This document shows, piece by piece, positions 19,216-27,922 of a stretch of DNA of 64,000 bases. Below the pieces are notes generated by a model. The model was given only the letters and a program-made list of their open reading frames with translations, was not told where the DNA came from and ran no database searches. Numbering within the stretch: position 1 is the first letter of the stretch; every line of letters begins with the position of its first letter. The stretch is taken from the IMG/VR virus record IMGVR_UViG_2728369369_000003; one strand, written 5' to 3'. A program made the translations under genes and the position numbers. This stretch comes from a virus.

Positions 19216-20001
19216 TTATGCGGCTCCCAGGCGCCGCGCCATCCAACGCTGGGATAGTCGGGTTAGCTCAACCTTTCGCTGCAGGTAATCCATCCCCATA
19301 TCCAGCAGGGTTATATTGGTGCTTTCCAGATAAGACAGATGCTCCAACTGCTCGGCATTCATCGAGTCACGCGGATCCCCAACCAACCCATTCATACCCG
19401 CCCATTGCTTCGCAGTAAGGCCTCCCAGGACGATGCGGGAGATCATGTTACTTTCGTTGCTATAGTGGTGAGACTGCGTCGCCTTGCCCTGCTCAGCCCT
19501 TACCGATTCCAACGCAGAACACATCGGCTTAAACAGGTTTGCCACTCCGATGCGAGCCTTTAGCTTGCGACGATAGCGCGCGGCGGCCTCTGGGGCGGTG
19601 AGCTGTAACGCCTCTTCACACTGGATGAAGTAACGACGGATGGCGCGCCCTTGTTCACTACGCTCAACCATTGCCAGCTCTTTGGCTGTGTTCAGCGTCA
19701 ACAAGTAATCATGCTCTATTTGTTGGCGAGATTTTGCGCTCGCCCGTTTTGGCGAGCTCAAATTTTCAACAGCGATGTAATCAACTCCAACCACGAAGCC
19801 GTATTGGCTAACCCGCCCTTTAACCCAGTTGGTGAAGTCTCGGCCAACCCCCAAAGCACCATGCAGTGCTCTGGCACTCACAATATTGGTTTCACGCTCA
19901 CCGATCCGGCCACTGACAACAGGAACAATGTCAGCGAACTCATTAACGACATGATGATTGCTTGATGCGTCGGTATAAGAAGATGCTACAGATGTATTCA
20001 T
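19216..20001 (-). CDS. AntA/AntB-type antirepressor
   Basis: VSARALHGALGVGRDFTNWVKGR...TAKELAMVERSEQGRAIRRYFIQCE; start taken at MNTSV. Confidence 0.85.
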   Translation of the reverse strand: MNTSVASSYTDASSNHHVVNEFADIVPVVSGRIGERETNIVSARALHGALGVGRDFTNWVKGRVSQYGFVVGVDYIAVENLSSPKRASAKSRQQIEHDYLLTLNTAKELAMVERSEQGRAIRRYFIQCEEALQLTAPEAAARYRRKLKARIGVANLFKPMCSALESVRAEQGKATQSHHYSNESNMISRIVLGGLTAKQWAGMNGLVGDPRDSMNAEQLEHLSYLESTNITLLDMGMDYLQRKVELTRLSQRWMARRLGAA

Positions 20002-20190
20002 ATCGATGGTTACCTTATAGAAACAAGCCTCGTTGCCCAGAAACGTCGCCCACAGAGAGGTCGCCACCTATAACGGCGTTTCTCCGAGGCCTGTTTCTAT
20101 AAGGCTCTGTGTGATTGTTTGCGCCGGGCATGGCGCAGATACGACAAAGCCCCGGCATAGCCGAGGCTCTTGGATACACGTCAGATATGG

Positions 20191-20736
20191 TTAAGACAGA
20201 CCGACCCGCTCCCGCACCCAACCATACAGAAATGACTCGTTCTGCACCCGCTGCTCGGCCAGCGCCAGATAACGATCGCCCTGACTGCAGTTCAGTGCCC
20301 GCAGCAGCACCAGCTCCCCCTCCGCGCCCCGGGCATCCAGATAAGCCCGCAGCGCAGAGAGCGTACGCGGCCCAATCACCCCATCGGCGATGATATCCGG
20401 GTACAGGCGTCCGCCATCGTTAAAGGCGGTCAGCCAGCGCTGCAGCCACTTGCCGGGCACCGACGGCCCCATATTCACCCCAGTATCCAGCAGCTCGGCG
20501 GCCACCGGCGCGGAATACTCCGCCACCTGATCAAAACGGGGCCCTGACCAGTAGTCGCTTTCATAGATTTCCAGCGCCTGCGCCCGCGTCAGGTTACGCA
20601 TATCGCCGGTGTAGCCGTGGGCTCGGGCCACTTTCTCGGTGATCCCCCAGTTGGTTGGCCCGCCCTTGTCGTGGGGGTGATCGACATACCCGCCCTCACG
20701 CCCCAGCAGAGCATCGAAAATTTCATCTTTGGTCAT
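20191..20736 (-). CDS. Endolysin, glycoside hydrolase 108 family with PG-binding domain
   Basis: EGGYVDHPHDKGGPTNWGIT, DGVIGPRTL, FLYGWVRER. Confidence 0.92.
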   Translation of the reverse strand: MTKDEIFDALLGREGGYVDHPHDKGGPTNWGITEKVARAHGYTGDMRNLTRAQALEIYESDYWSGPRFDQVAEYSAPVAAELLDTGVNMGPSVPGKWLQRWLTAFNDGGRLYPDIIADGVIGPRTLSALRAYLDARGAEGELVLLRALNCSQGDRYLALAEQRVQNESFLYGWVRERVGLS

Positions 20737-21014
20737 CGCGAAGCCCCCCGGAATAACTGCATAACATTCCCCTTAGCTCTCATCACCAGCGCCATAAAAA
20801 ATACGTTGATGATCGTCTCGGATATGTCGACAGCGTGATACACACCGATCAGCACCCGGAACGTCACCGATGCCGACGCCACAATCAGTATATAGGCCAG
20901 AGCAGCGCCCAGGCGCTTATGCTGCGAGCCATTACGACGAAACAGCAGCAGCCGCATGGCGATTACCCCGCACACAGCTGCATTGATGTGAAGCAGAAAC
21001 AGATCGATCGTCAC
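20733..21014 (-). CDS. Holin-family membrane protein
   Basis: 93 aa, three hydrophobic segments, overlaps endolysin start. Confidence 0.75.
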   Translation of the reverse strand: MTIDLFLLHINAAVCGVIAMRLLLFRRNGSQHKRLGAALAYILIVASASVTFRVLIGVYHAVDISETIINVFFMALVMRAKGNVMQLFRGASR

Positions 21015-21382
21015 TTGCCACCCCCTTTAAAATTCAGGGGCGGCGGGTTCTTGGCTTTCGAGATGATGAACATTAGCACCCAGATAACGCAGGCACTCGC
21101 CACCAACGCGCCGATCGGCTTATCGACTACGACCTGGTCAGGGAGAAACCAATCGATAATCGATGCCGTAAACCCTGCCGCGATAACCCCCATGAGGAAA
21201 GACACAAAGCCAAAAGCGATGCGCTTCCACGCGGGAAACTCCACAGCCGATAGGACAAACACAACGGCCCCCGCAAACGCCGCAATGACTACGCCAGCGT
21301 CCGCACCGGAAAAGATCCCGACAAACGTCACCCCAGCCAACGCCCCGGCAGCCGACCCCGTACCGGTTAGCGGATCACTCAT
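21011..21382 (-). CDS. Putative holin/antiholin
   Basis: MSDPLTG start, Gly/Ala-rich multi-TM, first gene of lysis cassette. Confidence 0.75.
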   Translation of the reverse strand: MSDPLTGTGSAAGALAGVTFVGIFSGADAGVVIAAFAGAVVFVLSAVEFPAWKRIAFGFVSFLMGVIAAGFTASIIDWFLPDQVVVDKPIGALVASACVIWVLMFIISKAKNPPPLNFKGGGK

Positions 21383-21581
21383 GGATAGCTCCTTTTGTTC
21401 GCGCTCAGCGAACGCTGGGCGATAGTTGATTGCTCGCCCAGGCAAGCAGAGAGCGCGCCACTAATGGCCACTCATTGGAAAGTAGATATTGGTTATCGCA
21501 ACCGCTGACGAGCCATGGTTAATCTATACTTTGAAATAGATATTTAAGGTATGGCTGGTTAATCATGGTCGGGGAGGCGGC

Positions 21582-21860
21582 ATGGATTACGAGACGAAAT
21601 CAGAGTTAGATCAAATAAAAATAATGATGGTTGTCAGAGAGCAGGCCGTTAGCCTTATATTTCACAACATAGTAAAAACAATTGAGCGTATCGACCCATC
21701 AGGCCATCTGGTAAGGGAGCTCAAGAGCGACATCAACAATTCACTAACATCATTGCATCACGGTAATGATTTAAAGACATTCATTAACAGGCTAATGGAT
21801 TATCCAGAAGGAACATCCTCTGGATTTCTGGTTAAAGATAAAAAAAGTTTTCTGGACTGA
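21582..21860 (+). CDS. Hypothetical moron protein, opposite strand, between tR' and holin
   Basis: GGGGAGG RBS, 92 aa, AT-rich. Confidence 0.7.
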   Translation: MDYETKSELDQIKIMMVVREQAVSLIFHNIVKTIERIDPSGHLVRELKSDINNSLTSLHHGNDLKTFINRLMDYPEGTSSGFLVKDKKSFLD

Positions 21861-21954
21861 GCGATGACCTATCGCTTATTGACAAACCAAACCCACGATG
21901 CGCGCCCATCGGCATCGTTTTAATCGTATACCAGCACTGCTACGGACAAAAACG

Positions 21955-21980
21955 AAAAAACCCGCGCAAAGGCGGGTTTA
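21955..21980. terminator. tR'-like terminator (bidirectional)
   Basis: AAACCCGC-GCAAAG-GCGGGTTT with A/T runs, about 60 nt after the pR' start. Confidence 0.7.
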
Positions 21981-22011
21981 ATCAGTGTTGCAACGGCTTT
22001 GGGTGAAATAT

Positions 22012-22055
22012 CCCATCGTTAGAGCCATAATTCCACAAAAAACGCCAACATGCAA
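22012..22055 (-). promoter_or_regulatory. Late promoter pR' with sigma-dependent pause element
   Basis: TTGCAT-N17-AATTAT-N6-AACGATGGG on minus strand right after Q; the +1 AACGATGGG matches lambda pR' as I recall it. Confidence 0.7.
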
Positions 22056-22094
22056 TATTATGGTGCTATCTTTTGTGAAATAGAGCACATATCC

Positions 22095-22865
22095 CTATCT
22101 GGTGATTTTTTTCAACTGCTGGTCGGCAATCGTTTCTTGCCGCTCACACTCCACCACCATCAGCTCATACAAGGGCTTGTACGAATACCGCCAAGACTTC
22201 TCTGGCAGGTCTTTGATGTAGTGGCTAATGGCCTGGTAGGCCTTTGCTGCAGGAAGCCGGCGATATCCACGCCCACCACAACGCTTGCATGAACATTGGA
22301 CCGGGATCCCCTGCCGCTCTGTTTCTTTCCGGTCTATAGCGACACGACGCCCACGGCAATCATTGCACACGGCAGACACTACCCCCTTCCCGCCACACTT
22401 TCGGCACATGCGGCCCGTACGCTCTGTGACAATCTTAGCGGGCGTGGATCCGCAGCCAGGGTGTTTAACGACATCTTCCTTCCTGTAAATCATACCCAGG
22501 CCATTACAGCAGTCACATAGCTCTTGGCCAGCAGCAGAGCGGCAATAATCTCGATAGGCAAATGACGCCAAGGTGGCGATCACTTTTGCCTTTGTGGCAG
22601 GGGATAATTTGCGAATAGCGGCCACTTTGTCACATTGCCTCATACCAAACTGCATCAGTAGCTGCACAGCGCGATCGCGATCTGTAACACTAATACCGAC
22701 CTTCCCCATAAACGCGGAGAATCCAAACTCTGCGCTACTCTGGCACATCCCCATAGCGGCCATGACATCAGTCCCCGTAAGGCCATCCGTCGCCGTTGCT
22801 CTCGGCGCATCGCTCAGGCTCGGGGTCTTAGGCGCAAAAAATTTCACAGCATTTTCTAAATTCAT
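22095..22865 (-). CDS. Q: Late antitermination protein Q
   Basis: MNLENAVKFFAPK start, multiple CxxCxGxG zinc motifs, followed by pR'. Confidence 0.88.
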   Translation of the reverse strand: MNLENAVKFFAPKTPSLSDAPRATATDGLTGTDVMAAMGMCQSSAEFGFSAFMGKVGISVTDRDRAVQLLMQFGMRQCDKVAAIRKLSPATKAKVIATLASFAYRDYCRSAAGQELCDCCNGLGMIYRKEDVVKHPGCGSTPAKIVTERTGRMCRKCGGKGVVSAVCNDCRGRRVAIDRKETERQGIPVQCSCKRCGGRGYRRLPAAKAYQAISHYIKDLPEKSWRYSYKPLYELMVVECERQETIADQQLKKITR

Positions 22866-22884
22866 GTTCAGCGCTCTCCACACA

Positions 22885-23928
22885 TTACGCTTTAAGGATG
22901 GCGCCAATACCCAGCGCCCTATTGAGGAATTGCACTAGCAGCTCTATCTGGCTGCCGTGCTGCCGCTCCCAGGTACTGACGTCCCGGTGCAGCTCGTCGT
23001 GACACCGCCGGCATAGCGGGATCACAAACAGGTCATGGGTCTTGGTTCCGACACCACCCAACCCTAGACCTGAATTGATGATGTGATGCGGATCGTCAGC
23101 AGAACTACCGCACCCACTGCACTGCTGAGTCTTCACCCAGCGTGTGTACTTCTCACTCTCCCAGCGCTGCAGCTTGGGGCGCAGCATAAAGCCTGCCGCG
23201 GGCGCTTCATCAGCCGCCAGCTTGATCACCGGCTTCATTTTCTCCTGGGGGATGAAGGCTTCCGCCGCCTCTACCTTGGCAGCCAGAACCCCCTGTGCCG
23301 TTGGCCGATCCGGAATGATGGTTGACTCACTCATCACGCCGGTGATCTCCTCCGGCTCTACACCAGTGATCCGGCGCGCAATGCCTCCGGGGATCAGGTC
23401 AGTGACACCGAACTCCAAGGCCCACCAACACAGCTCCGGCCATGTCAGTTGATGCCCCTCCGGCAGCTTGAGCCCGCGGCGGGCAGCCTCAATCACCCAC
23501 TCCGCGCGGTTTTTCTCGCACAGTGCTATAAACAGCTTGCCCTCCGTGCCGCGCATGGCGTTGTCGCAGGTCCAACACAGCCTGGCGCCACCATGCTCGC
23601 CATGGGTATTGGTCAGCTGTATGTCATGGTATCCATCGCGCACACCTTTCCACTGGCAGTAGTGGAAATTTTCCAAATATTCCGAAAAGTTCATGTACAG
23701 GCCCGCAGCTTTCTGCACGCGCTCATGTGCAAAGAAGGGGCGCCACACAGGATCCGCCGCTATCAGCTGCTCAGATACCAGCTCACCGGCGGGGCTGTCA
23801 TGAAATGCCGCGGGTACATCGGCCAGCATTACGCGCTGGCCATCGGTGAAACGGCGCGTCAGTTTTCCGGTTTTCAGCAGGACAACGCCTGCACTCCGCT
23901 GTGGGTATGCGGTAAACAGCATGCGCAT
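22885..23928 (-). CDS. DUF968-family protein (C-terminal HNH-like)
   Basis: WVKTQQCSGC...DDPHH...IPLCRRCHDELH; usual position before Q. Confidence 0.8.
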   Translation of the reverse strand: MRMLFTAYPQRSAGVVLLKTGKLTRRFTDGQRVMLADVPAAFHDSPAGELVSEQLIAADPVWRPFFAHERVQKAAGLYMNFSEYLENFHYCQWKGVRDGYHDIQLTNTHGEHGGARLCWTCDNAMRGTEGKLFIALCEKNRAEWVIEAARRGLKLPEGHQLTWPELCWWALEFGVTDLIPGGIARRITGVEPEEITGVMSESTIIPDRPTAQGVLAAKVEAAEAFIPQEKMKPVIKLAADEAPAAGFMLRPKLQRWESEKYTRWVKTQQCSGCGSSADDPHHIINSGLGLGGVGTKTHDLFVIPLCRRCHDELHRDVSTWERQHGSQIELLVQFLNRALGIGAILKA

Positions 23929-24146
23929 TACGCTGTCTCCCGGATCCGAATACCTCGAGCAGTACCGCGGATCAGCTCAATAGCGCCACTGCGACTCAAT
24001 GCCTTAAGGTGATCTTCTGCGGCGTTGGGTGAGCGGAAGCCAATCCCCCTGGCAATCTCCGCACGCGTTGGAGGGAAACCGTTAGCAGCGATAAAATCAC
24101 TGATAAAGCTCAACACACCTTCCTGCTTCTTAGTCAGCACCATCAC
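23928..24146 (-). CDS. Stand-alone LexA-like DNA-binding domain
   Basis: [26 protein letters not shown]...RGIR closely matches LexA residues 1-70; no C-terminal peptidase domain. Confidence 0.85.
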   Translation of the reverse strand: MMVLTKKQEGVLSFISDFIAANGFPPTRAEIARGIGFRSPNAAEDHLKALSRSGAIELIRGTARGIRIRETA

Positions 24147-24958
24147 GCCTGCGCCTCCATCATCATCAACTTGAGTAGGTCACCCGCTCTGGAGTCAAAG
24201 AAGTGTGGTTGCGTCTCGCGCGGGTTGTTCGGGCTTGTGATGTTCTTCCCGTACTGGCAGCCACGCGCTGTTACCGCCCAGAACGCCTTAACGCCATTCT
24301 TGGCCTTGGCTGAGCGGCTAGGGCGCTCACAGTGCTGAACGATGCCTAACTGCACCAGGCGCCGGTATGCGGCCGGTGTCGATATGGGAATGTTGTGGCG
24401 CTTCAAAATGGCGGTGAGTGAACTTGTCGGCCTACTTGACCCATCGGCGGCATCTGATGGGGCATCGATGGCATAGGCCGGCATCAACTCAGGAATGCCA
24501 ACGAACTGCTGCAGTTTCTGATAACCGGCCAGCTTAGAGGAATTGGAGAGATTGAGAGTCTTGGCGGCAGACTCCAGGATCATGATCCCCGCCTGTACCT
24601 TATCGGCAGCGCAGTTATCCCTAGCAGCGGACTGTATTGCGTCAAATGTACGAATGACTTTTAGATTAAACGCTGCGCTGATCCACATGGCATAGGCGTA
24701 GACAAGTTCCTTGCACGCATACGTACCCCGGTAGTCACCGCCATTTATTACGGTAATTGGTTGATTATCAAGCACTCCTGTAATCTCAGGAGTGGCGATT
24801 ATTTCGCCTATAAGCTCTTTTGTCTGCGCCAGAGCCAGCCAGTTAGTTGGCTGGTGACGCTTTTCACCACCGGCGGCCCGGTGCAAGTCGTTTAAGCAGA
24901 AACGTCCATCAACATCCTGACGAACGCAGATACCATCAATCGAGATCAATTGATTCAT
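24143..24958 (-). CDS. KilA-N domain protein (antirepressor-like)
   Basis: [19 protein letters not shown]...[17 protein letters not shown]; start taken at MNQLI. Confidence 0.88.
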   Translation of the reverse strand: MNQLISIDGICVRQDVDGRFCLNDLHRAAGGEKRHQPTNWLALAQTKELIGEIIATPEITGVLDNQPITVINGGDYRGTYACKELVYAYAMWISAAFNLKVIRTFDAIQSAARDNCAADKVQAGIMILESAAKTLNLSNSSKLAGYQKLQQFVGIPELMPAYAIDAPSDAADGSSRPTSSLTAILKRHNIPISTPAAYRRLVQLGIVQHCERPSRSAKAKNGVKAFWAVTARGCQYGKNITSPNNPRETQPHFFDSRAGDLLKLMMMEAQA

Positions 24959-25017
24959 CACTACCTCCACACAGTTGGTTGTCCCCACATACCCCGGCAT
25001 GGCTATGTGGTCTATCT

Positions 25018-25041
25018 ATTCTACTGGATATTAAAACAGCC
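25018..25041 (-). promoter_or_regulatory. SOS (LexA) box abutting a -10 hexamer, upstream of kilA-N
   Basis: CTG-N10-CAG at 25024-25039 (minus: CTGTTTTAATATCCAG) directly followed by TAGAAT; no convincing -35 seen. Confidence 0.65.
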
Positions 25042-25113
25042 CGCATGAAAATCTTTTTGTTATATAAGGCATTACAAATAAAATGAAAAATCATGATTGG
25101 CATAATTGGCACA

Positions 25114-25509
25114 CTATTTGCTCGAAAGCTTCTTAGGTAACGATAAGATTTGCTGTACCGTGATCTCAACACAGCCGCCTTTCACCACCTCGCCGAACTC
25201 CGCCGTCAACCGCTTAATCTGGCTGTCGTCATGCCAGATGCCGATCTTCGTCATTGAGTCCAAAGGTGCTTTGAAAAAGTTATCCAGATCACGGCTGGCG
25301 CGAGTTGGCGGGTACAGGACGACATGCACAGACAGATCGCCGGCCATCGGAACCGGATAGCGGCGCAGCTGCTCCAGTACACGGGCGCGGCATTCGATGT
25401 GGAATGCACGCCCTCTGGCGCTCACTAGGTGACGGCCAGCAAGCGGCCCCCGCGAGGGGGCGCGCCAGTAGGTGTTAACGCTAGGTGGGAATGGGAGGTA
25501 TAGCTTCAT
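25114..25509 (-). CDS. rusA: RusA Holliday junction resolvase
   Basis: LPFPPSVNTYWR, RDLDNFFK, DDSQI; start MKLYL overlaps MTase stop. Confidence 0.92.
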   Translation of the reverse strand: MKLYLPFPPSVNTYWRAPSRGPLAGRHLVSARGRAFHIECRARVLEQLRRYPVPMAGDLSVHVVLYPPTRASRDLDNFFKAPLDSMTKIGIWHDDSQIKRLTAEFGEVVKGGCVEITVQQILSLPKKLSSK

Positions 25510-27677
25510 CACACCCCCAAGCTGGCGACAATGTCCGTCGCCGTCTCGCGAGTGCTTCCTTTGCTGGATATTGCCCGTCTGGCGCTGACGCGATGCAGCG
25601 TAAAACCGTGGCGATCGTAAAGGTCCAGCACCCTGGGTGCGGTGGAGTTGCTGATAACAATCTTCGCCCCGCGCCGATGAGCCGCAACACAACTTTCAGC
25701 CAGTGCGATCTGGCTATCCCATGAGAAGCCGCCGGCGGCGTAGTTAGTAAATCCCGCAGTGCCTGGCATGGGCTCGTATGGCGGGTCGCAGTAAACGACA
25801 TCGCCGGCGCCAGCAAGCGCGAGCGTTCGCCTAAAGCCAGCGTTCATGAATACGCATGAATGAGACTTACTCTTAAACGCCTTAATCTCTTCTTCCGGGA
25901 AATGTGGCGCTTTGTACTTACCCCAACTGACGTTGAAAAAACCATTACGGTTGTAACGGATCAGGCCGTTGAAACAGTGCCGGTTGAGATACAGGAATGC
26001 TGCAGCACGCTCCGGGGCGCTCATACGCTGATCGTTAAACTCGTCGCGCACCTCCATGTATGCCACCTCGCTGTTAGAGCGACTGAATAGCATTTGGGCG
26101 TATGACAGCACCCGGGTATGGTCAACATCCAGCATCTGATAGAGATTAATCAGATCCGGGTTAACGTCGGCCAGAAGGAAGCGCTCGTGCTTGTTGGAGT
26201 TCATGAACACTGACCCGCCGCCAACGAATGGCTCAATGAGGCGGTTACCGGCAGGGATCAACTGATCCAGCGCTGGCAGCAATGAGTATTTACCGCCAGC
26301 CCATTTCAAGAAGGGCCGCTGCCAGCTGCGAGTTACTGCACCTGCAGCAGCTATGGCGTCCGCAATCTGCTCGCCAATCCAGTGCATCACCGGCACGGCC
26401 ATGCTATTCCCTAGGGCCTTGTATCGAGGGCCATCAGCTGCACGCCCACAACACTCCTCAAACGTTAACTTTCCACCGCGCATCAGGTATTTCGCAAAGT
26501 CACGATCCATCTTCTCAGGGCTTACCTTTCGCCCATACTCGATGAGCGTGTAATCGTCTGGAAATCCCTGTAGCCGCTCACACTCCCTAGGAGTAAGGCG
26601 ACGAACATGATTATTCCAGCCAATGGCGCCAACCCCCATGCCAGCACGGCCACCGTTTGGGGTTAGAAGCGCATTAGCGGTTCCATCACCCCTCACTTCG
26701 ACTGATGATCCATCCTTTCGCCCGCGAATTGCGAGTGTATAGGGTTCAAGGACAACGCACGCATTCTCTTGCCCGTTGTTGCGGCCCAGTGTATGCGCTA
26801 GTTCATGGTTTGAATCGGGATCCTGTGTGCCATGCACAGCAAATGTTTCAACATCGAAATCAAGACGCTGTCCTTTAGCTGTCAGGCATGCTGCAACATC
26901 GATGCTTCCGCCAGTATTACCACCACCAAAAGCGATCAGGTGTCCAGCTTGCCCTTGGTTGTCGTCAGCACCGCACGTTCCAACGCCATTTGCAGTAAGG
27001 GCGGCAACCGTCGATTGCGGTTCTCTGCGCGGCGGAGTATCCCGGCGCACGCTTTCGAGCTCAAAAAGTACCGCTGTGGGATCGAATCCCTTTCTAGCAC
27101 TTGCGACAACGAACACACGCTTGCGGCGTTGGGCCACTCCGAAAAATTGAGCGTCAAGGACTCGCCAGGCAATAACCCTTTGGGGTCCAGACACACAACC
27201 TGCGTGCGTCCATTTTCCCCCTGCTGGCTGTAGCTCACTGCTTTCTCCGGCAAGCCCTGCCAGAAAGCAGCCGAACGCGTTGTCTTTGCTGCTGAGGACG
27301 CCCGGAACGTTTTCCCAGACGATGATCGCTTCTTCTTCTCCGCGTTCACGGCGTTTGTCGTCGATTGCATTGGCTAATTCCACATAAGAAAGGGTTAACT
27401 GCCCGCGGGCATCATCCAGCCCATTGCGGAGTCCGGCGATACTAAAGGCCTGGCATGGTGTACCGCCGACCAAAATATCAGGTGCATCTACATCACCAGC
27501 ACGCACTGCGGCAGCTATTTTTGTCATATCACCAAGATTGACTACGCTATTCCAGCGCTGCGCCAGCACAGCAGAGGGGAATGCCTCAATCTCGGCAAAC
27601 CATGCTGGAGTCCACCCCAGCGGCTCCCATGCAACGCTGGCCGCCTCAATTCCACTGCAGACAGATCCGTATTTCAT
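25509..27677 (-). CDS. Fused C5-cytosine methyltransferase + Dam-type N6-adenine methyltransferase
   Basis: N-part: SVCSGI, GGTPCQAFS, WENVPG, QRRKRVF, GNSMAVPV; C-part: RPFLKWAGGK, EPFVGGGSVF, YCDPPY. Confidence 0.9.
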   Translation of the reverse strand: MKYGSVCSGIEAASVAWEPLGWTPAWFAEIEAFPSAVLAQRWNSVVNLGDMTKIAAAVRAGDVDAPDILVGGTPCQAFSIAGLRNGLDDARGQLTLSYVELANAIDDKRRERGEEEAIIVWENVPGVLSSKDNAFGCFLAGLAGESSELQPAGGKWTHAGCVSGPQRVIAWRVLDAQFFGVAQRRKRVFVVASARKGFDPTAVLFELESVRRDTPPRREPQSTVAALTANGVGTCGADDNQGQAGHLIAFGGGNTGGSIDVAACLTAKGQRLDFDVETFAVHGTQDPDSNHELAHTLGRNNGQENACVVLEPYTLAIRGRKDGSSVEVRGDGTANALLTPNGGRAGMGVGAIGWNNHVRRLTPRECERLQGFPDDYTLIEYGRKVSPEKMDRDFAKYLMRGGKLTFEECCGRAADGPRYKALGNSMAVPVMHWIGEQIADAIAAAGAVTRSWQRPFLKWAGGKYSLLPALDQLIPAGNRLIEPFVGGGSVFMNSNKHERFLLADVNPDLINLYQMLDVDHTRVLSYAQMLFSRSNSEVAYMEVRDEFNDQRMSAPERAAAFLYLNRHCFNGLIRYNRNGFFNVSWGKYKAPHFPEEEIKAFKSKSHSCVFMNAGFRRTLALAGAGDVVYCDPPYEPMPGTAGFTNYAAGGFSWDSQIALAESCVAAHRRGAKIVISNSTAPRVLDLYDRHGFTLHRVSARRAISSKGSTRETATDIVASLGV

Positions 27678-27922
27678 TCTGCAAATCTCCCGCCTACGCA
27701 GTTGTCATAGTCCATACGCGGATCACCGCTGGTACGCTGCACACAACGCACATGGCGCGATAGCTCGTTACGACGCTCCACAACCCCGCCGATCTGTGAC
27801 GCACTGGCGCACATGGCCGCCGCGGTCAGCTCAGTGATCGCCCTACGGTAAAACCCACGCGATGCCAACGACTCCGCACGCTCGCAGTGTGCTGTGGCCA
27901 TAGCCGATTTTTTTATGCTCAT
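27674..27922 (-). CDS. perC: PerC-family regulator
   Basis: AESLASRGFYRRA motif, position after replication gene. Confidence 0.75.
   Translation of the reverse strand: MSIKKSAMATAHCERAESLASRGFYRRAITELTAAAMCASASQIGGVVERRNELSRHVRCVQRTSGDPRMDYDNCVGGRFAE

Noticed and set aside
21446-21581. Phage tRNA genes after Q, as in some lambdoid phages
   Set aside because: No cloverleaf or T-arm GTTC motif found between Q and the holins.
25114-25692. 192-aa RusA as listed in the ORF track
   Set aside because: The N-terminal extension overlaps the methyltransferase; homology starts at MKLYLPFPPSVN (25509).
25509-27677. Restriction-modification system
   Set aside because: No endonuclease partner; the neighbours are perC and rusA, so it is treated as an orphan methyltransferase.
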